From positions 29,171 through 93,170 of the forward strand of contig JAKLIF010000003.1 in the NCBI GenBank assembly GCA_022709755.1: DNA of 64,000 nucleotides. Reading direction: 5' to 3'. The notes below the pieces were generated by a model. That model was given only the letters and a program-made list of their open reading frames with translations. It was not told the DNA's origin and made no database searches. This DNA comes from Elusimicrobiota bacterium. Lineage in GTDB: Bacteria > Elusimicrobiota > Elusimicrobia > FEN-1173 > JAKLIF01. Made by a program: the position numbers and the translations under genes. Shown here one piece after another: positions 1 to 9,483 of this stretch. Each line of letters begins with the position of its first letter. The first letter of the stretch is position 1.

Positions 1-4
1 CCGG

Positions 5-910
5 GTGGACGACGTCCGTAAACTGGTGCAGAAGGCCCTGGGGGCCCAGACCCTTTCGAAAGACGGGTTGATGACGGCGGAAAAGCCCGCCGCGTCCTCG
101 GCCTCCACGGCCGAGAAACTCCTGTCGAACGCCCAGAAAAAACCGGCGGGATCGAAGTCCGTCGGTCTGGCCGTCGGCGCGGTCGCGCTCCTGGCGTTGC
201 TGGGAGGGGGATATTTCCTATTCCAGAAAAAAGGGGGGCTCACCGTTCAGGACAAGGAATTCAGCGTCCCTTACAGGAATCCCACCGCGTTGTGTTTTGA
301 CGGCGGCGAGTCCCTCTGGGTCTCGGACTGGGTGTCATCGAGCCTCTATAAACACAAGGTGGACGACGCCATGTCCGTGTCCCAGATATTCCAGCTCCCC
401 GGCGGTCACCCCACGGGCATCGCCTGGGACGGCAGTTCCTTATGGACCTGCAATTCCTGGGAACGGAAGATCTACAAGCATACCCTGGACGCGTCCCTGA
501 GCGTCGCGGCCGAATACCCGAGCCCGGGCCCCGAACCGTCGGGATTGTATTGGGACGGCGTCAACCTGTGGGTCTGCGATTTCAAGGAAGCCAAGTTCTA
601 CCGTCTCAAGGTTTCCGAGGAAGGGTTGTCCGTCATCAATGCCTATGACAGCCCGGGTCCCCACCCCATCGGCCTGTTCTCCACGGCGGAGAACGTCTGG
701 AGCGCCGACTCGGAGACGGACATGATCTACCGACACGCCAAGGACAACACGCTCACCGTGCAGAACATCTATGTGGCCGCTCCCTACGAGGACAAGAAAC
801 TGCACTTGTCGGGACTGGGGTGGGATGGGAAATCGTTGTGGACGTGTGCCGACGAGAACGACCGGATCTACCGCCACGCGCTGAAGAACCTCAAAGAGAA
901 GAAGTTTTAA
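5..910 (+). CDS. membrane-anchored beta-propeller repeat protein (glutaminyl-cyclase-like/NHL-like blades); GTG start at window edge, possibly 5'-truncated
   Basis: Translation shows a Lys/Ala-rich N-terminus, one hydrophobic helix (VGLAVGAVALLALLGGGYFLF), then 4-5 internal ~45-aa repeats with motif P-x-G-[LI]-x-W-D-G-x-x-L-W-x-[CD]...I-Y-[RK]-H. Convergent with the next gene. Confidence 0.5.
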   Translation: MDDVRKLVQKALGAQTLSKDGLMTAEKPAASSASTAEKLLSNAQKKPAGSKSVGLAVGAVALLALLGGGYFLFQKKGGLTVQDKEFSVPYRNPTALCFDGGESLWVSDWVSSSLYKHKVDDAMSVSQIFQLPGGHPTGIAWDGSSLWTCNSWERKIYKHTLDASLSVAAEYPSPGPEPSGLYWDGVNLWVCDFKEAKFYRLKVSEEGLSVINAYDSPGPHPIGLFSTAENVWSADSETDMIYRHAKDNTLTVQNIYVAAPYEDKKLHLSGLGWDGKSLWTCADENDRIYRHALKNLKEKKF

Positions 911-975
911 ACTCCCGCCGAAAGAGATCGATCCCGGGGTCCCCCGTCCGGGGGGACCCGTCGCCGTTCCTCCGG

Positions 976-2256
976 TCAGGTCGTGAAGGTGAGACTCTGA
1001 AGGCAGGCCGTGAGGTTGTCGCTCTGATTTAATAAACCGAGTTTTTTCCGGATGTTCGAGCGGTGTTTGTCGATGGTGGGGGGCGTCGTTTCGCACAGGT
1101 CGGCGATCTCCCGGGTGGTGAGCCCGCAGCGGATCATGTTGCAGATCTGAATCTCGCGCCGGGTGAGTCTGTTCACCTTGGCGGCCATCCGGTGTCCGAA
1201 GTTGTTGGAAAGGTTCTCCAGGTTTTTCATGACCAGGTCCACCTGTTTTCCCGCGGCGGGGGTCGCCATCTGCTTGATCTTCCGCAGGGCGGGGTAGATG
1301 AACTCCTCGATGTTGATGGTGATGTCCTCCTTCAGCCGTTTCTTCTCGATCTCGATGTGTTCCAAGACCTCTCGCAGGACCGTGTTCTTCTTCTCCAGGA
1401 GAGCCGTCTGCTCCAGCAGTTTCGTCTCCGACGCCCGCAGCATCCGCTCCACTTGTTTCCGTTCGGTGATGTCGCGCGCGATGCATTGCACGCCGAACAC
1501 GTAACCGTCCTTCCGGATGGGCCTCAGTCCGAGTTCCATCAGGCGGACCCTCCCTTCCCGGGGAGAGACTTTGACTTCGACCGTGTCCAGGGGTTTCCCG
1601 TCGACCACTTCGCGGAGCTTCGCCCGGAATTCCTCGGAAGACGGGGCCGTGAAGAGGATGCTCGCCGGCTGTCCCTGCAGTGAATCCGCGGTGTATTGCG
1701 TGACGGCCTCGATCTGTTTGTTGACCGAGACGATCACCCCGTTCGGGTCGATGATGAGGATCCCGTCGCTGGCCCATTCGAAGAGGTCCCGGTATTTCTG
1801 TTCGGAGATCTCCAGTTCCTTCACCTTATCCTTCAACTGCTCGGTCAGATAGGCGTTCTCCGCCATCAGCCGGTGGGCCCGCACGGCTTTCTGGACCGGG
1901 TTGAGCAGGTCTTCGAGGCTCTCCAGGGGTTTCAGCAGGTAATCGGTGGCGTCGAGGGTCACGGCCTCCTTGGCGGTCTCGAGGCTGGCGTATCCGGTCA
2001 GCAGGATGATGGGGATGTCCTTGTCTTTTTCCCGCACCGAGGCGGTGAAGTGGATGCCGTCCATCCCGGGAAGCTTGATGTCGCAGATGATCGCGTCGTA
2101 TTTCCTCTCCCCGAACTTCCTCAGCCCGTCCTCCCCGTTGAAAGCGGGGTCCACCGCGAAACCTCTCTTCGTCAGGCGGGCCGTGAGCGCCGTCGAAAAA
2201 TCGACGTCGTCTTCCACCAGAAGAATGGTGATCATGTCTTGAGCGTTGATATCCAT
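976..2256 (-). CDS. response regulator: receiver domain + PAS domain + C-terminal LuxR-type HTH
   Basis: N-terminus ILLVEDD...DAIICDIKLPGMDG is a REC domain with a phospho-acceptor Asp. The middle is a PAS fold. The C-terminus LTRREIQICNMIRCGLTTREIADLCETTPPTIDKHRSNIRKKLG is a LuxR/FixJ HTH. AAGGAG Shine-Dalgarno 10 nt upstream. Last gene of a 6-gene minus-strand operon. Confidence 0.85.
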   Translation of the reverse strand: MDINAQDMITILLVEDDVDFSTALTARLTKRGFAVDPAFNGEDGLRKFGERKYDAIICDIKLPGMDGIHFTASVREKDKDIPIILLTGYASLETAKEAVTLDATDYLLKPLESLEDLLNPVQKAVRAHRLMAENAYLTEQLKDKVKELEISEQKYRDLFEWASDGILIIDPNGVIVSVNKQIEAVTQYTADSLQGQPASILFTAPSSEEFRAKLREVVDGKPLDTVEVKVSPREGRVRLMELGLRPIRKDGYVFGVQCIARDITERKQVERMLRASETKLLEQTALLEKKNTVLREVLEHIEIEKKRLKEDITINIEEFIYPALRKIKQMATPAAGKQVDLVMKNLENLSNNFGHRMAAKVNRLTRREIQICNMIRCGLTTREIADLCETTPPTIDKHRSNIRKKLGLLNQSDNLTACLQSLTFTT

Positions 2257-2260
2257 GTCC

Positions 2261-3631
2261 TTATGACTCCTTCTCGTGTGGAATGGTCGAACCCATCGTC
2301 CAGGGGCTCATCCGTCGCCGGACGGCCCTTCGGGACGTGAACTGGAAATAGACGTCTTCGAAAAAATTGGTCCTGGGAAAGCCGGTGATGTATTGTTTCT
2401 TGAACCGCCAGGCCATCCGCCCGATGTGGGGGATCGAATAGAACCGTTGATAGGACGTCCACACCAGATCCTCCAGTTCCCGCGCCGACATGTTCTTGAA
2501 CGCGATGACGGGATGTTCCGCGTCGTAGAGAGACCAATCCGCGGCGACGATCCTCCCCTCGTTCTTGAACTGTTCGTGGATCCGGGTGCCCGGCAGGGGC
2601 ACCAGCATGAAAATGTAGAGGAATTTGATGTCCCATCCCAGGATCGTCCCGATGGTGTCCTTGAGGGTGTCGGGCGTGTCCTGGTCCAACCCGAATATGA
2701 ACGAGGCTTGTCCCAGGATCCCGGCTTCTTTCATCCGGCGGAAGACCTCCTTGTAAGTCTCCACCTTGTTGAATCCCTTGCGGGCGGATTTCAGGGATTC
2801 CTTGTTGATGCTCTCGATCCCGACGAACGTCTCATGGCAACCCGCCCGGGCGGCGAGGTCGATCAACGCGGGGGTCCGGAGGACGGTGGTGCTCATCTGG
2901 CAGGCCCATCGGATCCGGAGGGGGATGAGGGCCGTGAACAGTTCGCGCGCGTAGGATTCGTCGGCGCAGATGTTGTCGTCGGTAAAAAAGACGAGGGAGG
3001 GTTTGAGGGCCTCGATCTCGCGCACTACGTGAGCCACCGGCTTTTTCCGGATCTCGTTGCCGAGGAACGGATGCACCGAACAGAAACCGCAGGTGTTGGG
3101 ACATCCCCGCGTGGTCTGAAGCGGGAGGCACGGCGTCCGGGCGAACGGGGGGATGAGGTATCGGGAATAGTCCAACAGGTCGAACCGCGGGATGACCAAC
3201 CGGGAGAGGTCCGGCCGTCGCGGAGAGGAATAGATCTTCTTCAGCCGGCCGTCGCGGGCGTCCCGCAGGACCTCTTCCCAGAGGTCTTCCGCTTCGCCGA
3301 TCATCACCGAATCGAAATGGGTCAGCGCCTCGTCGGAACAGAAGGCGGCGTGGATCCCTCCCAGGATGGTCTTCTTCCCTCGACGGCGGAACTCATCGGC
3401 GATCTGGTAGGCGCGCGGCGCGTGGAACGTCATGGCGGTCAACCCCACCAGGTCCACGGGTTCGTCGTAGTCGATCTCCTCGATGTAGTCCACGGTGATC
3501 TTCACGTCCACCTCGGGCGGGGTGAGCGCCGCCACCGTCGGGAGCGAGAGAGACGGCATGAAGAGTTCCGAATAACGGACTCGCGTCCCGTCGGGATTCA
3601 GATGAGCCGGTTGGATCAGTCTAACGCGCAT
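2261..3631 (-). CDS. B12-binding radical SAM protein (class B radical SAM, methyltransferase-like)
   Basis: N-terminal cobalamin-binding-like domain followed by the radical SAM cluster motif CPNTCGFC (CxxxCxxC). Start overlaps the upstream kinase stop by 11 nt; 4-nt gap to the downstream regulator. Confidence 0.85.
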   Translation of the reverse strand: MRVRLIQPAHLNPDGTRVRYSELFMPSLSLPTVAALTPPEVDVKITVDYIEEIDYDEPVDLVGLTAMTFHAPRAYQIADEFRRRGKKTILGGIHAAFCSDEALTHFDSVMIGEAEDLWEEVLRDARDGRLKKIYSSPRRPDLSRLVIPRFDLLDYSRYLIPPFARTPCLPLQTTRGCPNTCGFCSVHPFLGNEIRKKPVAHVVREIEALKPSLVFFTDDNICADESYARELFTALIPLRIRWACQMSTTVLRTPALIDLAARAGCHETFVGIESINKESLKSARKGFNKVETYKEVFRRMKEAGILGQASFIFGLDQDTPDTLKDTIGTILGWDIKFLYIFMLVPLPGTRIHEQFKNEGRIVAADWSLYDAEHPVIAFKNMSARELEDLVWTSYQRFYSIPHIGRMAWRFKKQYITGFPRTNFFEDVYFQFTSRRAVRRRMSPWTMGSTIPHEKES

Positions 3632-5249
3632 GTTGGTTCTCCTGAATGGGGATGCGGAGCGTGAACGTCGCCCCTTTCTCCGGATTGTTCCTTACCTGGA
3701 TATCTCCTTGAAAGCGCTTGATGAGGTTGTAGCTGATGGCCAGTCCGAGCCCGGTCCCCTGCCCCGCGGGTTTGGTGGTGAAGAACGGGTCGAAGATCTT
3801 GTTCATCACGTCCGGCGGTATTCCCGGCCCCGTGTCAGAGATGTCGATGAAGATGTTCGTCCCGTCGTGGCGGGACGTGATGGTGATGGTTCCCTCGTCG
3901 CCGATCGCGTCCACCGCGTTCATCAGGATGTTCATCATCACCTGCTCGATCTGCAATTGGTCGATTTGCAGCGGGGGGAGGTCCCGGCTGAGTTCGTCGC
4001 GCAGCACTATTTGGGGGCCGGGCAGGGAATCCTTCGTCTTATGGACGACGGAGTCCAGGATGGTGTTCATGTCGATCTGTTTCAGGTTCTTCGAATCCCG
4101 CGAGAACGTGAGCAGGTCCGCCACGATGTTCTTGCATCGCCCGGTCGCCTTCTCCGCCCGTTTCAGGCGGTCCCACCGGGGGTCTGTCTCCGGCGTGTCT
4201 TCCAGGACGTCCTGCAGGTAGTTCCGGATGGCCCCGACGGGATTGTTGATCTCGTGGGCCATGCCCGCCGCCAGGCGCCCGACGGACGCCATCTTCTCGG
4301 ATTGGATGAGTTCCTTCTGGCTGTTCTGGAGCTCTTCCAGTGTGCGCCTCAGGTCGAGGTTGCTCTTCTTGAGTTCCTCGGTCCTCTGCACGATCTTCTC
4401 CTGTAATTCGATGTTCATCTTCTCGATGGTTTCCATCGCTTCCATCAGGTTCGCCGTCTCCCGCTGGTTGGCGCTCGTGGTGTCCGCCAGGATGAGCCTG
4501 TTGTCGATGAACCGCCCGGTGATGTATCCGAGGAGGACGAACAGTGTCAACGTGATATAGGAGTGGGAGAGGTCCCATCGGTGGAGGATCAGGTAGAGGA
4601 GGAGGGCGACGGCGGCGCCGACCAGGCCCAGCCATTGGGTGGGGCGGTTCGTCCATTCGACGTGATAGACGCAGTCGGACCCGCCCGTTTCGGCGGCACA
4701 GACGGTCTCGCGGATCTTGGCCTGGGGAAGTCTCAGGAGGGTCGGCACGGCCGCGAAGATCCCCTGCATGTTGAGGCAGTTGTTCCTGTCTTGGCGGTAT
4801 TCCGGATAATAATGGGAGGTGATGGTGCAGCTGGTCCGTTTGAGCTGGGTGACCCTCGTCTCTCCGATCTTGCTGAACCGTGGGGACACGAGTTCGATGA
4901 GTTTGAACGCCGTTCGCGGCGTCGCCAGTTGGACGATGACGTCGGACAGCGCGCCGTAACTCTTTCCGCGCGAGGAATACGTGCCGGCGAGATAGGCGGC
5001 GTTGGGGTCTCCCGTGAATTCGACCAGCTTGGCCAACAGCCGCCGGAAATAGTCGAAACTGATCCAATTGTTGGGGTTCTTGAGATAGTCGAGGTTCATC
5101 CCGGTGTCGCGGATGAGTTCACGCATCGCCTTTTCTCCCCGCGTGTCTTCGAGATACAGGAGTATGCAATGGGTGGTCCGGCAACTGAGCTCCACTTTCG
5201 TGTCGTTGGGGTCCACCTTCGAGAGGGGGATGTTCTGGACGTCAGTCAT
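3621..5249 (-). CDS. sensor histidine kinase with a ~190-aa N-terminal domain of unknown type, two TM helices, coiled coil, HisKA and HATPase_c
   Basis: H-box ASVGRLAAGMAHEINNP. N/G1/G2 boxes NILMNAVDA ... DTGPGIP ... GTGLGLAISY. TM segments WLGLVGAAVALLLYLIL and ITLTLFVLLGYITG. Start overlaps the upstream gene end by 8 nt. Confidence 0.85.
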   Translation of the reverse strand: MTDVQNIPLSKVDPNDTKVELSCRTTHCILLYLEDTRGEKAMRELIRDTGMNLDYLKNPNNWISFDYFRRLLAKLVEFTGDPNAAYLAGTYSSRGKSYGALSDVIVQLATPRTAFKLIELVSPRFSKIGETRVTQLKRTSCTITSHYYPEYRQDRNNCLNMQGIFAAVPTLLRLPQAKIRETVCAAETGGSDCVYHVEWTNRPTQWLGLVGAAVALLLYLILHRWDLSHSYITLTLFVLLGYITGRFIDNRLILADTTSANQRETANLMEAMETIEKMNIELQEKIVQRTEELKKSNLDLRRTLEELQNSQKELIQSEKMASVGRLAAGMAHEINNPVGAIRNYLQDVLEDTPETDPRWDRLKRAEKATGRCKNIVADLLTFSRDSKNLKQIDMNTILDSVVHKTKDSLPGPQIVLRDELSRDLPPLQIDQLQIEQVMMNILMNAVDAIGDEGTITITSRHDGTNIFIDISDTGPGIPPDVMNKIFDPFFTTKPAGQGTGLGLAISYNLIKRFQGDIQVRNNPEKGATFTLRIPIQENQHAR

Positions 5250-6387
5250 GGGCGGTCTCCGGATCGGTCTTGAACACCCGCTTGGGCGGGGTGTTGTCCT
5301 GGGGCGTCATCGCGTCGAAGATCCTCGGGACGAACAGGTGGAACAGCGGGTTCCGGTGTTTCATATACATGTGGAGTGTGACGACTTCCGCCCCGATCTC
5401 TTTTTTCGGTTCCAGCGTGGTGATGCCCAGGTCGATGTCGCGCATGTCGCGTTCACCGGCCAACGCGATGATGTTGTAGAACAGGTTGAAGTAGAGACAA
5501 TAATCCTCATTGAGACTGTAATCCAGACCGCAGAACAGCGGGATGAGCGTCTCATCGTCGAAGAGCAGAAGAGAGAATGCGACGGGCCGGTCCCCTTTCT
5601 TGACGAGAAGGACCGACGACCGGCCGTTCAAACACTGCCGGATGTTCATGAAAAAATCCTTCGTCAGGCGCTCCCGTTTGTATTCCCGGGCCTGGTCATA
5701 CACGTTGAACCAGAGCCGTTCCAGGTCGGCCGCGTGGGGGGTGAAATCCTCCACCACCTGGACCGTGACGTCGTCGCGTTGGAACTTCCGCTTCCGGAGG
5801 GAGATCTCTTTCCGGTATCGTTTGCGCAGACTGTCGAGATACTGGTCGAAAGTCTTCCATGTCACGTCGATCCGCGTACCGGGCAGGTTGTGGATGCGCC
5901 GGTATCCGAAAGAGAGCAGACTGTCGTAAAAGGGGAGTTCCCTGTCGAGGAAATCGCGGAAGAGGATGACGTTGATCCCTTCTCGTTCGGCGATCCCCTC
6001 GATCGCGGCGCGCAACGCCCCGAGAGCCGCCGCGCGGTCCGTCCCCTCCCGGAACGAGAAGGTCGATCCCAAGGCGACGGGGGTGCCGCATTCCAACGAC
6101 CGTAATATCAGGAAGTCCGGCCAGAAGCGGCGCACCCGACCGATCGCCTTTTTCAGAACGCCCGTGGCGAACAGGTCGAGTTCCGTGCTGATGGTGTAGG
6201 CGCAGGTGTGCGCGACGAGCCGGCCCCCTTCGTAGGCCGCGGGATAGAAGAAACGGCAGTCGTTGATCCCGGACCTCTCGATGGCGGAGGGATACTCATG
6301 GGTGCATATCAGCCGGTTGGGGCCGACGATCCCGTTCCAATCATCCTTCGGCACCGCCTCGATCGTCGTGTGGACCTTGATTTCCAT
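5242..6387 (-). CDS. FemAB-like / BioF2-like GNAT-fold acyltransferase (Acetyltransf_6-like)
   Basis: Internal ATG (MEIKVHTTIEAV...) of the 779-aa track ORF. The upstream 398 codons are Arg/Gly/Pro-rich nonsense overlapping the real AOS gene. The ~380-aa product resembles the FemAB/BioF2-like acyltransferase family that often neighbours alpha-oxoamine synthases. 23-nt gap to the upstream gene. Confidence 0.6.
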   Translation of the reverse strand: MEIKVHTTIEAVPKDDWNGIVGPNRLICTHEYPSAIERSGINDCRFFYPAAYEGGRLVAHTCAYTISTELDLFATGVLKKAIGRVRRFWPDFLILRSLECGTPVALGSTFSFREGTDRAAALGALRAAIEGIAEREGINVILFRDFLDRELPFYDSLLSFGYRRIHNLPGTRIDVTWKTFDQYLDSLRKRYRKEISLRKRKFQRDDVTVQVVEDFTPHAADLERLWFNVYDQAREYKRERLTKDFFMNIRQCLNGRSSVLLVKKGDRPVAFSLLLFDDETLIPLFCGLDYSLNEDYCLYFNLFYNIIALAGERDMRDIDLGITTLEPKKEIGAEVVTLHMYMKHRNPLFHLFVPRIFDAMTPQDNTPPKRVFKTDPETAHD

Positions 6388-6407
6388 CGGTATCCGGAGA
6401 CCGCTCC

Positions 6408-7736
6408 TCAGGCGGCGTGTAGCAAGCCGTGCTCCAGGCCGGCTTTTCTCATCACGTCGAGCGTTCTGTCCAGGTCGTCGCGCGTGTGGGTGGCCATGAC
6501 GCTGAACCGGAAACAGCATTTCTCCAGAGGCACGGCCGGGTAGGGCACGGCATTGACGAAGACGCCCCCTTCGTGGATCTCGCGGCTCATCTGTCTCAGT
6601 TTGACGTTGTCGCCGATCGTGATGATCAGGATGGCGGATTCCGGCGGGGAGGGGAACACGGTGTACCCCATCGCCTTCAGGTTGTCGTGCAGGTATCGGG
6701 TGTTCTCCCACAATTGTTTCCGTCGTTCGGGTTCCTCCTCCATGACCTGGAGGGCGGCCAGCGCCGTGGCCACGACAGCCGGCGTGATGCCCGCCGAGAA
6801 CATGTAGGACCTGGCGTAATAGCGGATGTAATGGACGGCCTCCTTGTTCCCGGCCACGAAACCGCCGGTGCACCCCAACGATTTGCTGAAGGTCCCCATC
6901 ACCAGGTCCACTTGTCCTTCCAGGTGGAAATGGTCGGTGGTCCCGCCCCCGTGGGATCCCAGGACGCCCGTGGCGTGGGCGTCGTCCACCAGCACGCGCG
7001 CACCGTAGAGCCGGGCCAGCCGCACGATCTCGGGCAGGGGCGCCAGGTCGCCGTCCATGCTGAAGACGCCGTCCACCACCACCAATTTCCCCATGAATTT
7101 GTGGCGGCATCGCTGAAGCAGTGTCTCCAGATGGCCCATGTCGTTGTGTCGGAACGCCCGGAAGTTCCCTCCGGACAGCCGGCATCCGTCGATGATGCTG
7201 GCGTGGTCCCACCGGTCCATCAGGGCCACGTCTTTGGACCGGATCAGGGCCGAGACGCTCCCCACGTTGGCCGAATACCCGGTCGAGAACACCATGGCGT
7301 CCTCGCAACTCTTCAGCCGGGCCAGGCGGACTTCCAGTTCCCGCACCAGGTCGCAGAGACCGTTCATGTGGGGCGCCCCGCAGAGGCCGCTCCCGTATTT
7401 GGCCAGGGCCTTCTGCCCAGCCTCGATCACCTTGGGGTGCGTGCTCAACCCGAGATAGTTGTTGGACCCCATCATGATCATCTCGCGCGGACGGTCCGTG
7501 AGGTTGTCGAGCACCGTGACGCGGTTGCGGCAGGCCGACAGGAGCCGTCGGAGATAGAAATGCGTTTTCTTCCTCTTCCAATCCTCGATGAACGCGTAAT
7601 AGGACCGGGCCTTGGCGAAAAGGTCCGGATCGTCCTGTTCCACGAAATCGGCCATGGTGTAATGGTCCGAATCGATGGCCCCCTCATCAACAAGAAGCTT
7701 GTGCGGCGCGACATACGAACTGGCAGTGAGTGTCAT
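6408..7736 (-). CDS. PLP-dependent alpha-oxoamine synthase family acyltransferase (BioF / serine palmitoyltransferase / CqsA-like)
   Basis: Aminotransferase class I/II fold with the PLP-lysine motif GTFSKSLG, and the SNNYLGL and VDDAHATG motifs typical of the AOS family. Start chosen at MTLTASS, which has an AAGGAG SD 7 nt upstream. The N-terminal 17 codons of the track ORF were rejected. Confidence 0.85.
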   Translation of the reverse strand: MTLTASSYVAPHKLLVDEGAIDSDHYTMADFVEQDDPDLFAKARSYYAFIEDWKRKKTHFYLRRLLSACRNRVTVLDNLTDRPREMIMMGSNNYLGLSTHPKVIEAGQKALAKYGSGLCGAPHMNGLCDLVRELEVRLARLKSCEDAMVFSTGYSANVGSVSALIRSKDVALMDRWDHASIIDGCRLSGGNFRAFRHNDMGHLETLLQRCRHKFMGKLVVVDGVFSMDGDLAPLPEIVRLARLYGARVLVDDAHATGVLGSHGGGTTDHFHLEGQVDLVMGTFSKSLGCTGGFVAGNKEAVHYIRYYARSYMFSAGITPAVVATALAALQVMEEEPERRKQLWENTRYLHDNLKAMGYTVFPSPPESAILIITIGDNVKLRQMSREIHEGGVFVNAVPYPAVPLEKCCFRFSVMATHTRDDLDRTLDVMRKAGLEHGLLHAA

Positions 7737-7805
7737 GGATAGCTCCTTTCCGTCGATCGTCGTGCTCGGGCCGATTCCGTGGATCAAAAGGCGTGTGTCC
7801 CCGGA

Positions 7806-9065
7806 CTAGAAACGATAGGTCACACCCACCGAAAGGGCCGTGCCGAAATCGTCATACGTTCCGTCGATGCTGGATGAACTGATGGTCTCGTTGTTGTCCA
7901 CGTTGTTGTTCACGTGCACCGTCTTGTAGAAGACGAATTGAAGGGCGGTGTCGATGGTGATGGGACCGCGGGTGTATCCCAACCCCGTGGTCAAAAACTG
8001 GCCGACGGTGTCCTGCAGGCTGGGCCGCCAATGTTCCTCGGGCGCGGCCGGCTGGTTATAGATGTAACCGGCCCTCAGGCGGAGTGGGTCGTTGAGTTTA
8101 TATTCCGCGCCGAGCTTATAGGCGATCGTGTCCCTGTAACCGTATTTGAATGTGGTCGGGGCCAGGGTCGGGTCCTGGTAGTGGACGGTCAGTTTGTCCA
8201 AAGTGCTCCAGTCGGTCCAATCCAGGTTGAATTCGAATTTCCAACGGTCGCCGGGCGTGACGGCATAACCCAACACGACCACGGCCGGATAGGCGATGGA
8301 AGTCTTGGCCTCGCATTTGGACGACGCATTCGCGGGGGGGATCTCCGTGAACGTGGCGTCCCCCTTATACTTCACCGTGAACGGGCTTTTGAACGTGGCA
8401 GCCAGGGTTTGCCGCTCATCGAGCTTATAGGTGGCCCCGGCATTGTAACCCCAGGCGTTCCCATCGGCCGAGAGTTCGCTTCCACCGTCCCATGGAACCG
8501 GAAGGCCATACATCGTGGCGTAGTCGACCTTGCTCTTAAGTTCGGCGGTCGAATGGTAATAGCTGATCCCCACGCCGGCGGAGAACCTGTCCGAGACTTT
8601 CCAGGCCAGGGAGGGATTGACGTCCACCAGGACCAGGTTGGAATAGGTGGTCACATAACGGGCAAACCCCGTTCCGCTCCATTCGCTGGAGATCCCGTTC
8701 GGGACGGTGATTCCGAGTCCCCAACCCCAGGGCCGGTCGGCGCGACGGCCTGTCAGGTAGAAGGCCGGGACGCCCTGCCATTTTTCCAGGTTGCTTTCTT
8801 CCACGCCGGTGGGGCTGGTGCGTTTGAACCATCCGTTCATGATGGAATACTGGCCGGAAACCTGGGTCCCTTCCAGGTTCGTCAATCCCGCCGGATTGAA
8901 GGCGATGGTGGACGGGTCATCGGCCTGGGCGATGAAGGCTTCACCCATGGCGATGGCCTTGGCGCTCTTGACTCCCAGTATCTTGAACCCGTTCGCGGCG
9001 GCGTTGCTCACGAACAACGAACCGCAACAGACGGCTAAAATGATGGATCGGATGGTTTTGAACAT
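7806..9065 (-). CDS. outer-membrane FadL/TodX/OmpP1-family hydrophobic-compound channel
   Basis: Signal peptide MFKTIRSIILAVCCGSLFVSNAAA. N-terminal hatch motif AIAMGEAFIAQADDPSTIAFNPAGL (the NPA motif). Beta-strand-rich, Gly/Tyr-rich sequence ending in an aromatic residue (F). AAGGAG SD upstream. First gene of the operon. Confidence 0.8.
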   Translation of the reverse strand: MFKTIRSIILAVCCGSLFVSNAAANGFKILGVKSAKAIAMGEAFIAQADDPSTIAFNPAGLTNLEGTQVSGQYSIMNGWFKRTSPTGVEESNLEKWQGVPAFYLTGRRADRPWGWGLGITVPNGISSEWSGTGFARYVTTYSNLVLVDVNPSLAWKVSDRFSAGVGISYYHSTAELKSKVDYATMYGLPVPWDGGSELSADGNAWGYNAGATYKLDERQTLAATFKSPFTVKYKGDATFTEIPPANASSKCEAKTSIAYPAVVVLGYAVTPGDRWKFEFNLDWTDWSTLDKLTVHYQDPTLAPTTFKYGYRDTIAYKLGAEYKLNDPLRLRAGYIYNQPAAPEEHWRPSLQDTVGQFLTTGLGYTRGPITIDTALQFVFYKTVHVNNNVDNNETISSSSIDGTYDDFGTALSVGVTYRF

Positions 9066-9094
9066 GAAGATATTTCTCCTTTTTTATATTAAAT

Positions 9095-9111
9095 AACGCA
9101 TTGAATGCGTT
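9095..9111. promoter_or_regulatory. perfect palindrome AACGCATT-g-AATGCGTT followed by a T-run, in the 5' leader of the FadL-like operon; candidate operator
   Basis: Read directly from the sequence. The half-site AATGCG recurs at ~9144 and ~9299 as AATGCGGAA. The region 9066-9460 is ~33% GC versus ~63% for the window. Confidence 0.35.
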
Positions 9112-9483
9112 TTTTTATCACTCAAATCACTTCTTGGACAAAAAATGCGGAACATTTTATACCCAATCGGAAGAACGTGGTGATTTTCATATCCCAATAC
9201 CAGTAAGTTTATCTCCAGATCCGGGTTTTGTCAACTGGAAGAAAGTATGTAGAAAATAGGTACGAAAACTACCAGTTGTAAACCAAAATATGCATTATAA
9301 TGCGGAATTAGCGGTTTTATGGTGATTTTTTGATACTGGAAATTCATATACTCATTTTTCGCCAGAAAACTTCGGATTGTTTTTTTATAGGATTCAATGT
9401 AAATATAGGGTATGGAACATGTGCTGTTCTAACAAGTGAATGAGACCATTTGAACAACTATGAGTTCCGGGGAAAGGACAGAC

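Noticed and set aside
440-1777. 445-aa ORF on the minus strand and other long ORFs overlapping 976-5249 (1063-1683+, 1696-2340+, 2276-3664+, 4039-5067-)
   Set aside because: They are antisense or out-of-frame to strongly recognisable genes (response regulator, radical SAM, histidine kinase). Translations are Arg/Pro/Gly/His-rich low complexity, typical of shadow ORFs in GC-rich DNA.
6388-7581. N-terminal 398 codons of the 779-aa ORF 5242-7581, and ORF 6429-7742 (+)
   Set aside because: They overlap the bona fide alpha-oxoamine synthase gene in another frame or strand. Sequence is RG/PG-rich nonsense. The real FemAB-like gene begins at the internal ATG (6387), 23 nt after the AOS stop.
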